The position numbers and the translations under genes are program-made. A stretch of 64,000 nucleotides of DNA from Phaeosaccion multiseriatum. Taxonomy: Eukaryota > Protista > Ochrophyta, other classes. The stretch spans positions 1,488,001 to 1,552,000 of the forward strand of contig OZ218957.1 in assembly GCA_965112735.1 (NCBI GenBank), given 5' to 3'. Shown one piece after another: positions 45,728 to 58,000 of this stretch (positions are counted from its first letter, which is position 1; the number at the start of each line of letters is the position of its first letter). The notes under the pieces were generated by a model, which saw nothing but the letters and a program-made list of their open reading frames with translations, had not been told where the DNA came from and searched no databases.

Positions 45728-48700
45728 TTTTTTTCTGCTTAAGACAGGGCCACCATGGAAGGGGACGACAGGGGGGCCACGCGGCCCCCCGGAGCCCAGG
45801 AGACACCAGCAAACCTCACAGCAACCCAGCAGGAGCCACCTATGAGCCGCGATCAGCAGCGGCTCGAAAGAAGGGAGAGACGGGCAGCGGCAGCAGCAAT
45901 TCGCCAAACACCAGCACGGGAAGGCGTGCCCACCCCCATCACGGCTCCACCAGCGGCCGCAGCACCCCGCAACACCCTCCCGCAGGACCCACAGCTCCCA
46001 CCAGCACTCACGGAACCCACAGCAACAGCAGCGGAAGCCCACCCCCAGCAGCAGCAACCACAACCGATCTCAACGACACGGCAACAAACAGCACCAGCCG
46101 CCAGGAGATCTACCACGCCCGCCAGCGAGACAACAGGCCCTACAACAGCACCACCCCCCACAGCGACCAGCCCAGCACCCATGCAGCCAACCACGAGGCC
46201 AAGGGGACGAAGCAGGACCCCCCGAGCACGCAGCCCGGAAAGGCCAACCGCCACTTTCCGAGCCTCAGATCCAGCCCAAACCACCAACGCGTCAACTCAC
46301 AGAAACGCACACGGGATCACAGAGCAAATCGTCTCCATCCTCCAAGACGAATACGAAGACACCCACCTCACAGCCACGACCCCCATACGGCAACACCCGA
46401 ACCTCTTCTTCAACGAACAAGCGCCAGCATCCGCCAGCCGACGCATCAGCGCTGAGTTCGCAAGCCTAAACCTCACCGCGACGGAACTGACCCACCACAA
46501 CACGGCCGAGGCCATCGCCGACCTCGTACGACCACCCCCCACGACGCACGAGGAAGAGACAGCATCACTCGAAACAGACACGCATGGACACGCACCAACG
46601 ACATGGAGCAACACCATACGCCACCAGCGCGACGCGGCGCTCCCGCCTACCAACTCGCACTTCTATATGCCCCTCCTCAGACAAGCTCTAAGGAGCGGAG
46701 GCCCCCCCACCACCCCCGGAAGACCACATGGGGGAGGAGATTACCCCCTTGGATGGCAACAGATCGTAGAGGCCTATGCCCACACGCTCGCAGGCCAAGA
46801 GATCACCTCCAACGAGTTGGTCAACGACTACATCACCGCCTCACGACAGGAGGAACTCATCGCGGTATTACCCGACGTCCAAGCCATCGTTGAGCGCTAC
46901 GGCCACGCCCTACGCGACCACACCAACAACACCACCACCTCCCCCTTCGCCAACACCATGGCCACACCGTGGTGGGCGCCGGGGCAAGCCCTCGCCTTAC
47001 GCACGAGGCAGGCCCCCCGGGGAACCGCACCAGGACCGCCAACACCCCCCACCCACAGTGACACAACCACGCCACAGACGGACGACACCCACAACAACAC
47101 CACAGCGTACCGCAGGAACATTGACAACAACTACATCGCCACGGGAGTCCTCTGCAACTTCGAACAGTGCAATGACACCTTCGTCACGGTCGGCAGGTCC
47201 AGAGACCGCCTCAACAGGCACCAGTTGAGCCACCACCCCAACCGCGGCCGAGAGTGGGAACGATGGATGCGCGAACACCACCCCCAGGCCGCGTCAATCC
47301 TGTGGTACCGCGCCAACGGCCCACAGAGCGGACCACAGAACAGAACGTATCAGCTACGTGACTGTATACGTGGATGCGGCAACCTGGCCCACAGAAACTC
47401 CGGCAGATCCCTCCTCAGAAGCTTCCCGCAAGCAGGCCTACGGCAGCCCATATGCCACACATGCATACGAGCATACGAAGCAGCACACCTCCCGGCATCG
47501 TCAACCATCCCACCACGAGCTCGCAGCATGCCCCCACCGACAAGAGCAGGTGGGACAGACACTACACGGGAGCACGACCCGGAGGGAGAAGGGAGAGGAG
47601 AGCGAGCGGGACACAGGGGAGGGGGACGAGGAGACCGCGACGGAAGAGTAGTAGCAGGGGGGGAGAGGGCGAAAACAGCAGAGGCGGAGGAGAGCGCCCA
47701 GCACTGGCACGGGAAGCAGCGGCAGAAGGAGGGGAAGGGCAAGCAGAGGGAGGAGGTGACGAAGCAGAAGGAGGAGGCGACCCCACCAACAACGAGGAGC
47801 TACCCAACTGCCCGGTGTGTATGGAACCGCTCACTGGCCAAGCACAAGTCGCCATGCACGAAGACGAACATCACGTGCACAACCACTGCGCATTGGGAGT
47901 CATGAGCACGTACCCCAACCGCAACGACCACCTCTGCCCCTACTGCCGCAACCCCTGCTACCGGCACACGATCGAGCAGGCCATCACAGCACAAGGAGGG
48001 AGAGCTATGGGCCGCGCAAGGGATCGCCTAGCGAGGGAGCGCAGAGAGTCGCATCAGCAGCACGCGCAGGCCAGCCAAGGACGGCGCCGCCAGTCCCAGC
48101 CACCCCCCACCACCCGACACACACCCCCACCCCAACCTACCGCCCCCCCAGCCCCGATATGCTGCATATGCATGTCTGACGCGGACCCCCCTTTCATCGC
48201 ACCAACCACGGAGTGGCCAGTACGCACCCGACGCTGCCAACACACCGTTCACCCCGCGTGCCTCCTTCACCACCTGAACGACCAAGCCACACTGAGGAGA
48301 GCCAACCAGCAGCCCGTCATACCACCAGGCAACCTCCCCTGCCCCGCGCAAGGCTGCATGGCTGGCTACCAAGCTCAACGAGCCATCCCCGCCCTCAGGA
48401 CCATCCTCACCCAAGGCAACGCAGCATCGGCCTACCAAGGCCCCCTCAACGACCTCGAGAACGCCTATCTAGGCCCAGACCCAAACGAGGACCCGTCGCG
48501 TACGGCAACGCCCCAGCACACGACAGCAACGGCCAGGCTCAACCCGTACCAACCCACCACCCCCACGGGCAGAGGAGGAGGGCGAGGGCACGCGGAAGGA
48601 GGAGGAGGAGGAGGAGGAGCAATCGCAGCAGCGCCAAGTGGAGTAGAAGGACGAAGAGGAGGACGAGGGAGGGGGAAGGAAACGGACAAGGAGCAGCAGC

Positions 48701-51700
48701 AGAGAGGGGACCTCAGAGAGAAAGGGCAGGGGGAGATAGCACACGCACGCAAGGAACCACAGCAGCAGCAGCGAGACGAGGGGGAGGAGGACGGAGCAGA
48801 GGCCAAGGAGGTAGCGGCGGGGACGGAGGGGACGGAGAAGGGCCAGCCAACGACGATACACCCGAGGAAGGATGGCCCATGCAGCACCCAAACGTCCTCC
48901 GCCTAGGGGCCCTGGACCCGCAGGGTACCATCCTCTCAACACTCGTGTTTGAGACAGTAGCGCAGTGCAACCCCCGCCACGTAAGCTTGATTATCAGCTT
49001 ACAGCAAAGAGCGCTCAACAACTGGAACAGGGCGCTGAGGGCCCACAAGAACGGACCCACCGACGCCACCCTCCACACCCTTCTGGCATGGGATGTCTTC
49101 CACCACCTCCTCCCTGCCATGCTCTTCTCTAAAGACGGAGCCTACAGCCGCCAGCAGCGGATACAGATGGTCCTCGACCTCGACATCGCCCCACTCGCAC
49201 AAGCAGCGATAGCCACAGCACACGCACGCCGCCCACCACCCCCAGCACAGGCACAGACAGAGGAGCGACGGAGAGAAACCTGCGCCCACCTGCTCACCAA
49301 ACCCGGAGGCCTGCACAAGGCCGCGGCGAGGCTCAGCACAAAGAGCAGAGACGGCCACCTCCCTCCCACACACGAGACCTTTCGACGCCTCCAGCAAGCG
49401 CACGTCGACGAGAGCCTCGAAGAGATCAACACAGCAGCAACAGCAGCCAGGGAGTACGCCAGAACCCAGGTGCAGGAGCACCCCGAGAATGGCAACGACG
49501 TCACCAGAGAGGAGATCAGCACAGCCATGCTGCTGACCTACCGGAGGGTCAACTACTGGAAGGGCCAAGGAGCAGACGGGCGCAGGGCGAGCCACGTCAA
49601 GTACCCCCCGGACAGCCCCCAGGAGTACGCAATCGTGGAGGCTCTGACTGACACCTACGAGCTGCTCCGAACGGGGGACACTCCACTGCCTCCACAGCTC
49701 GCCAAACGGTGGTTCAGCACCAGCGCCGCAGCCCTCGGCGAGAAAGCGCGTCCTGTGACATCCCCCAACCTCTACCGCAGCCTCGTGGAGAGCTGTCACA
49801 TGAAGCTCATCGCGGACAGGGTGGGCCCAGAGCTCAGAAGCGCAGGACAGCTAGCGGTAGCGGTCAGAGGCGGAGGGGAAACACACGCCGCAGCAGCCCA
49901 GCTAGCGCACGATGCCGGCAAAACCGTCGTGCTGCATGACATCACCAAGGCCTACACCCGCGTGTCGCGTGCCAGAGGCGTCCTAGCCTCAGGCGCACTC
50001 CCTACCATCGACCCAGCAGGCATCAACTACGCCATCGCCAGCCTCTCCCACGCCTCCGCCCACAACGCCCTCACACCAGACGGCACCCAGACCATCCACC
50101 AGAGCTCCGGAGTCAACCAAGGAGCACCAGAAGGGCCTCTCATGTTCGCAGCCGCCATCCACCCAGTGCTGAAAGTTCAGAACACAGCCGACACCGCAGC
50201 GAACCGCCCCACCATCTCCGCCTACGCAGACGACCTCATGGACCAGCTGGAACCCGACGCACCCCTAGAGACCTACGCCCCACGCCATGCCCATCTCCAA
50301 GCCCAATTCCGAGGCTTGGGCCTCGAGTTCAACGAGAGGAAAACGGTTTACCTCATGGGCAAAGGCAAGCAGCCAACACAGGCTGACAGGGACCACGCCC
50401 AACGGCAGGGCGCCACACTTGCCACCGAGGGTACCGTGGTAGCCGGCATCCCCGTCGGCACGGAGGAGTACATCGAAGAGTACCTCCGCAACATCCTCGG
50501 CCAAGAAGACCCCAGGGGCTACCTCCAACTCGCCAAACACTGCAGCGAGTGGGACAACACCCAGGCGGCCACCCTCGTCCTCCTCCAATGCCTCCCAGCC
50601 AGGCTCACACACCTGGCGAGAGCCATTGACCCCTCCATCTTCCGACGCGCCCTCGGCAGCAGGGCAGACCGCACCAACAGGGCGACACTGGCCCACATCA
50701 TGCGCCTCCCCGATGCCCCCCCTCTGGAGCAGGCCGCAGATGCACAAGAGGAGCCATGGACGGAGACACAGCGCCTACAAATGCATACGGCACGGCGCTT
50801 CGGCGGCCTCGGCCTCACCAGCCTCCACGACATCGCCCCAGCAGCATACCTTGGCAACAAGATGCTCACCCTCCCCCCCCTGCTCAGCCGCACCGCACGC
50901 CGGGACGGCTCCCAAGAGAGCGCCCTACCGGACCAGCTGTTCACCAACGGAGCCCTCAAGAGCGTCGCCGACAGCGTCAACCTCCTGCACGAGGAGGGGG
51001 TCCCTGAGGCCCCCCTCATCCAAGCAGTGGGTCAGGCACAGTTCGACGAGGCCCGCTCACGCGTACTCGAGCCGCCTGACCACCAAGCCCAAGACACAGC
51101 GCGACGCAACGTGCGCAGGAGCCATCAGGCAGGCCGTCAACCGACCCACGGCGTCCAGAAGGCCCTCACCACCTTCATCCACAAACGCCGCCATGAGGAG
51201 CTGACGCAGAGCATCGCCACCATCGACGTCACACCGGCAGAGGCACAGAGGGGAGAGGAGACACAGGAAATTGCAACAGCCCGACTCCACTCACAGCGAG
51301 GAAGGGGCGCCATGGCCTTCCTCGGAGCGCTCCCCCACGGCCACAACACCATGGCCCCCGCAGAATGGACCATGGCCCTTCGTCGCAACCTCGGTGTCAA
51401 CACGCCATACGCGGACCCGCCCCCACCCTGCCTCGGCACAGGCTGCGCCCGCACGGCAAGCACCACCCACGCCACCATCTGCCCCCGCACCGGCCTCCAC
51501 AACCACACACACCACCTCCTCGTCAAGGCCTTCGGGAGGATGATGCACAGCGTGGGCATTGGAGGAGCACGTGTAGAGGACCAGACCTGCTTCGACGGCC
51601 CCACGGGCACCCGAGCAGGCCGAGACCTACGCATGGATCTGACCTATCCCGCAGGTAGCTTCCCGGGAGCGGACGCACCCCTGCGGAGAAACCTCCTCTG

Positions 51701-52451
51701 CGACATCACCGTCACCAACCCCACCGCCCCCACCCACGTGGGACGGGCCTCCACCACGCCAGGCCACGCAGCAGCCGCCGCCGAAGAGCGCAAGCGCATT
51801 CACTACCTGGGCAGTTTTCTGCCCGGGACTTCAACCCTGAAGTGCATTGCAATCGAGACGTACGGCAGACTGGGCCACCAAACGGACGAGCTCATCGAGG
51901 CGATGGCCATCCACAAGGCATCAAGAGGGCTCGGCCCCGCAGCGGCGGCAGCCACGGGCCCCATCAAGGGCCTCCTGCGCCAACAACTGTCCCTCGCCCT
52001 TCAACGCGCCCTCTCACAGCGGGAGATCAGGTATGGCACCCTCCTTCGAGCCACGATGACGCAGCACGAAGCAGCAGAAACCCTCGACTGGGGGCTCATG
52101 GGAGCCATCGACGGAGCGGCCGCCTGAGGAGCAGGAGTACACCAGCCAGCAGACAGCGAGACCATCAGCACACAGCATAGCAACCACAGTTAGTCACGCC
52201 TTGTCACCCGCACCACCCACAGTAGGATAGTTCACATATCACCTCCACCACCTCACTCCTTCCCACACCCCTTCATCTCCTCCTCCCCCCCTCACTCCCT
52301 TCCCATTCCCCATTATCCTCTACTCTACCACCCTTACCATCCTCTTCCCCTCCACATCACGCTCCATCAATACCACACATACACGCATCTACACATGGTT
52401 ACAACTTACCTCGAGCGCTCCAATACTGAGCCCATAAGCTCTAATATACAT
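45728..52451 (+). mobile_element. Retrotransposon insertion 13, full length; ORF 45755-52127 with two 1-nt frameshifts (~47664, ~48675)
   Basis: T7-CTGCTTAAG 5' end; canonical 3' end; RT and RLE intact in ORF 48213-52127. Confidence 0.93.
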
Positions 52452-52463
52452 CTCACACCCCTC

Positions 52464-53017
52464 ACACTGGGCCACCAAACGGACGAGCTCATCGAGGCGA
52501 TGGCCATCCACAAGGCATCAAGAGGGCTCGGCCCCGCAGCGGCGGCAGCCACGGGCCCCATCAAGGGCCTCCTGCGCCAACAACTGTCCCTCGCCCTTCA
52601 ACGCGCCCTCTCACAGCGGGAGATCAGGTATGGCACCCTCCTTCGAGCCACGATGACGCAGCACGAAGCAGCAGAAACCCTCGACTGGGGGCTCATGGGA
52701 GCCATCGACGGAGCGGCCGCCTGAGGAGCCGGAGTACACCAGCCAGCAGACAGCGAGACCATCAGCACACAGCATAGCAACCACAGTTAGTCACGCCTCA
52801 CATATCACCTCCACCACCTCACTCCTTCCCACACCCCTTCATCTCCTCCTCCCCCCTTCACTCCCTTCCCATTCCCCATTATCCTCTACTCTACCACCCT
52901 TACCATCCTCTTCCCCTCCACATCACGCTCCATCAATACCACACATACACGCATCTACACATGGTTACAACTTACCTCGAGCGCTCCAATACTGAGCCCA
53001 TAAGCTCTAATATACAT
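52464..53017 (+). mobile_element. Retrotransposon insertion 14, 5'-truncated, directly in tandem with insertion 13
   Basis: Separated from insertion 13 only by CTCACACCCCTC; small deletion in the 3' UTR. Confidence 0.9.
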
Positions 53018-53183
53018 CTCACACCCCTCCACAGTACACCTCTTAGGTATCCTCACAGCTCCATGCCTAGTGCATAATCCTCCCTGCTGTGACTGCTTCT
53101 CACACCCCTCCACAGTACACCTCTTGACCACAGCTCCGTGCCTAGTGCACAATCCTCCTTGGATCGACTGATTCTCACACCCC

Positions 53184-53363
53184 TTCATCTCCTCCTCCCC
53201 CCTTCACTCCCTTCCCATTCCCCATTATCCTCTACTCTACCACCCTTACCATCCTCTTCCCCTCCACCTCACGCTCCATCAATACCACACATACACGCAT
53301 CTACACATGGTTACAACTTACCTCGAGCGCTCCAATACTGAGCCCATAAGCTCTAATATACAT
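53184..53363 (+). mobile_element. Retrotransposon insertion 15, 3'-UTR fragment
   Basis: 5' junction falls at the CACACCCC microhomology shared by target and UTR; canonical 3' end. Confidence 0.88.
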
Positions 53364-53447
53364 CTCACACCCCTCCACAGTACACCTCTTGACCACAGCT
53401 CCGTGGCTACTGCACAATCCCCCCTGCTGTTGCTGCTTCTCACACCC

Positions 53448-54383
53448 CTCCTCGTCAAGGCCTTCGGGAGGATGATGCACAGCGTGGGCATTGGAGGAGC
53501 ACGTGTAGAGGACCAGACCTGCTTCGACGGCCCCACGGGCACCCGAGCAGGCCGAGACCTACGCATGGACCTGACCTATCCCGCAGGTAGCTTCCCGGGA
53601 GCGGACGCACCCCTGCGGAGAAACCTCCTCTGCGACATCACCGTCACCAACCCCACCGCCCCCACTCACGTGGGACGGGCCTCCACCACGCCAGGCCACG
53701 CAGCAGCCGCCGCCGAAGAACGCAAGCGCACCCACTACCTGGGCAGTTTTCTGCCCGGGACTTCAACCCTGAAGTGCATTGCAATCGAGACGTACGGCAG
53801 ACTGGGCCACCAAACGGACGAGCTCATCGAGGCGATGGCCATCCACAAGGCATCAAGAGGGCTCGGCCCCGCAGCGGCGGCAGCCACGGGCCCCATCAAG
53901 GGCCTCCTGCGCCAACAACTGTCCCTCGCCCTTCAACGCGCCCTCTCACAGCGGGAGATCAGGTATGGCACCCTCCTTCGAGCCACCATGACGCAGCACG
54001 AAGCAGCAGAAACCCTCGACTGGGGGCTCATGGGAGCCATCGACGGAGCGGCCGCCTGAGGAGCAGGAGTACACCAGCCAGCAGACAGCGAGACCATCAG
54101 CACACAGCATAGCAACCACAGTTAGTCACGCCTTGTCACCCGCACCACCCACAGTAGGCTAGTTCACATATCACCTCCACCACCTCACTCCTTCCCACAC
54201 CCCTTCATCTCCTCCTCCCCCCTTCACTCCCTTCCCATTCCCCATTATCCTCTACTCTACCACCCTTACCATCCTCTTCCCCTCCACCTCACGCTCCATC
54301 AATACCACACATACACGCATCTACACATGGTTACAACTTACCTCGAGCGCTCCAATACTGAGCCCATAAGCTCTAATATACAT
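53448..54383 (+). mobile_element. Retrotransposon insertion 16, 5'-truncated (RLE + UTR)
   Basis: Canonical 3' end; CTCACACCC(CTCC) on both flanks. Confidence 0.9.
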
Positions 54384-54543
54384 CTCACACCCCTCCACAG
54401 TACACGTCTTGACCACAGCTCCATGCCTCTTGCATAATCCTCCCTGCTGTGACTGCTTCTCACACCCCTCCACAGTACACGTCTTTCTCACAGCTCCGTG
54501 CCTAGAGCATAATCCTCCCTGCCTCGACTGCTTCTCACACCCC

Positions 54544-54916
54544 AACCCTCGACTGGGGGCTCATGGGAGCCATCGACGGAGCGGCCGCCTGAGGAGCAGG
54601 AGTACACCAGCCAGCAGACAGCGAGACCATCAGCACACAGCATAGCAACCACAGTTAGTCACGCCTTATCACCCGCACCACCCACAGTAGGCTAGTTCAC
54701 ATATCACCTCCACCACCTCACTCCTTCCCACACCCCTTCATCTCCTCCTCCCCCCTTCACTCCCTTCCCATTCCCCATTATCCTCTACTCTACCACCCTT
54801 ACCATCCTCTTCCCCTCCACATCACGCTCCATCAATACCACACACACACGCATCTACACATGGTTACAACTTACCTCGAGCGCTCCAATACTGAGCCCAT
54901 AAGCTCTAATCTACAT
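54544..54916 (+). mobile_element. Retrotransposon insertion 17, 5'-truncated
   Basis: 10-bp TSD CTCACACCCC; 3' end variant TAATCTACAT. Confidence 0.9.
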
Positions 54917-55000
54917 CTCACACCCCTCCACAGTACACGTCTTTCTCACAGCTCCGTGCCTAGTGCATAATCCTCCCCGCTGTGACTGCTTCTCACACCC

Positions 55001-58000
55001 TTTTTTTTTTTTCTGCTTAAGACAGGGCCACCATGGAAGGGGACGACAGGGGGGCCACGCGGCCCCCCGGAGCCCAGGAGACACCAGCAAACCTCACAGC
55101 AACCCAGCAGGAGCCACCTATGAGCCGCGATCAGCAGCGGCTCGAAAGAAGGGAGAGACGGGCAGCGGCAGCAGCAATTCGCCAAACACCAGCACGGGAA
55201 GGCGTGCCCACCCCCATCACGGCTCCACCAGCGGCCGCAGCACCCCGCAACACCCTCCCGCAGGACCCACAGCTCCCACCAGCACTCACGGAACCCACAG
55301 CAACAGCAGCGGAAGCCCACCCCCAGCAGCAGCAACCACAACCGATCTCAACGACACGGCAACAAACAGCACCAGCCGCCAGGAGATCTACCACGCCCGC
55401 CAGCGAGACAACAGGCCCTACAACAGCACCACCCCCCACAGCGACCAGCCCAGCACCCATGCAGCCAACCACGAGGCCAAGGGGACGAAGCAGGACCCCC
55501 CGAGCACGCAGCCCGGAAAGGCCAACCGCCACTTTCCGAGCCTCAGATCCAGCCCAAACCACCAACGCGTCAACTCACAGAAACGCACACGGGATCACAG
55601 AGCAAATCGTCTCCATCCTCCAAGACGAATACGAAGACACCCACCTCACAGCCACGACCCCCATACGGCAACACCCGAACCTCTTCTTCAACGAACAAGC
55701 GCCAGCATCCGCCAGCCGACGCATCAGCGCTGAGTTCGCAAGCCTAAACCTCACCGCGACGGAACTGACCCACCACAACACGGCCGAGGCCATCGCCGAC
55801 CTCGTACGACCACCCCCCACGACGCACGAGGAAGAGACAGCATCACTCGAAACAGACACGCATGGACACGCACCAACGACATGGAGCAACACCATACGCC
55901 ACCAGCGCGACGCGGCGCTCCCGCCTACCAACTCGCACTTCTATATGCCCCTCCTCAGACAAGCTCTAAGGAGCGGAGGCCCCCCCACCACCCCCGGAAG
56001 ACCACATGGGGGAGGAGATTACCCCCTTGGATGGCAACAGATCGTGGAGGCCTATGCCCACACGCTCGCAGGCCAAGAGATCACCTCCAACGAGTTGGTC
56101 AACGACTACATCACCGCCTCACGACAGGAGGAACTCATCGCGGTATTACCCGACGTCCAAGCCATCGTTGAGCGCTACGGCCACGCCCTACGCGACCACA
56201 CCAACAACACCACCACCTCCCCCTTCGCCAACACCATGGCCACACCGTGGTGGGCGCCGGGGCAAGCCCTCGCCCTACGCACGAGACAGGCCCCCCGGGG
56301 AACCGCACCAGGACCGCCACCACCCCCCGCCCAAAGCGACGCAACCACACCCAGCCCACCAACACCGGAGGACAACCCCAACAACGCCCGAGTGTACCGA
56401 AGACACCCCGACAATGGAAACATTCAAGGGGGCATCCTCTGCAACTTTGGCGAATGCCACGACACCTTCGTCACGGTAGGCAACACAAGAGACCGCCTCA
56501 TCAGGCACCAGTCGAGCCACCACCCGAACCGCGGCAGAGAGTGGGACCGATGGATGCGCGAACACCACCCCCAGGCCGCGTCAATCCTGTGGTACCGCGC
56601 CAACGGCCCACAGAGCGGACCACAGAATAATACGTACCAGCTCCGGGACTGCACAAGTGGATGCGGCAACCTGGCCCACCGAAACTCCGGCAGATCCTTC
56701 CTTACCCGCTTCCCGCAATCAGGCCTACGACAACCCCTATGCAACGCCTGCATACGAGCACACGAAGCCGCAAGCCTACCAGCACCGCCAACCATCCAAC
56801 GAGCTCGAAGCATGCCCCCACCGACAAGAGCAGGTGGGACAGACACTACACGAGAGCACGACCAGGAGGGAGGAGGGAGAGGAGAGCGAGCGGGACACAG
56901 GGGAGGGGGACGAGGAGACCGCGAAGGAAGAGTAGTAGCAGGGGGGGAAGAGGGCGAAAACAGCAGAGGCGGAGGAGAGCGCCCAGCACTGGCACGGGAA
57001 GCAGCGGCAGAAGGAGGGGAAGGGCAAGCAGCGGGAGGAGGTGACGAAGGAGAAGGAGGAGGCGACCCCACCAACAACGAGGAGCTACCCAACTGCCCGG
57101 TGTGTATGGAACCGCTCACTGGCCAAGCACAAGTCGCCATGCACGAAGGCGAACATCACGTGCACAACCACTGCGCATTGGGAGTCATGAGCAGGTACCC
57201 CAACCGCAACGACCACCTCTGCCCCTACTGCCGCAACCCCTGCTACCGGCACACGATCGAGCAGGCCATCACAGCACAAGGAGGGAGAGCTATGGGCCGC
57301 GCAAGGGATCGCCTAGCGAGGGAGCGCAGAGAGTCGCATCAGCAGCACGCGCAGGCCAGCCAAGGGCGACGCCGCCAGTCCCAGCCACCCCCCACCACCC
57401 GACACACACCCCCACCCCAACCTACCGCCCCCCCAGCCCCGATATGCTGCATATGCATGTCAGACGCGGACCCCCCTTTCATCGCACCAACCACGGAGTG
57501 GCCAGTACGCACCCGACGCTGCCAACACACCGTTCACCCCGCGTGCCTCCTTCACCACCTGAACGACCAAGCCACACTGAGGAGAGCCAACCAGCAGCCC
57601 GTCATACCACCAGGCAACCTCCCCTGCCCCGCGCAAGGCTGCATGGCTGGCTACCAAGCTCAACGAGCCATCCCCGCCCTCAGGACCATCCTCACCCAAG
57701 GCAACGCAGCATCGGCCTACCAAGGCCCCCTCAACGACCTCGAGAACGCCTATCTAGGCCCAGACCCAAACGAGGACCCGTCGCGTACGGCAACGCCCCA
57801 GCACACGACAGCAACGGCCAGGCTCAACCCGTACCAACCCACCACCCCCACGGGCAGAGGAGGAGGGCGAGGGCACGCGGAAGGAGGAGGAGGAGGAGGA
57901 GGAGGAGGAGGAGCAATCGCAGCAGCGCCAAGTGGAGTAGAAGGAGGAAGAGGAGGACGAGGGAGGGGGGAAGGAAACGGACAAGGAGCAGCAGCAGAGA

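Larger units (their letters stand above)
44917..55000 (-). pseudogene. Zinc-finger repeat gene copy 3, interrupted by insertions 12-18. C-terminal part 45687-44917 is open; repeat pieces at 55000-54917, 54543-54384, 53447-53364 and 53183-53018
   Basis: Third paralogue of the same C-terminal domain (homology starts about 44852), with CTVEGCEK repeats. Its 5' part would lie beyond the right window edge. Confidence 0.78.

Noticed and set aside
27525-55000. Finger repeats as a CRISPR-like array or as the element's own 3' tail
   Set aside because: The units translate as zinc fingers continuous with a host C-terminus, vary in number (0-3) and sequence, and the CCCACAC variant is duplicated as a TSD. 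There are no cas genes and the context is eukaryotic.
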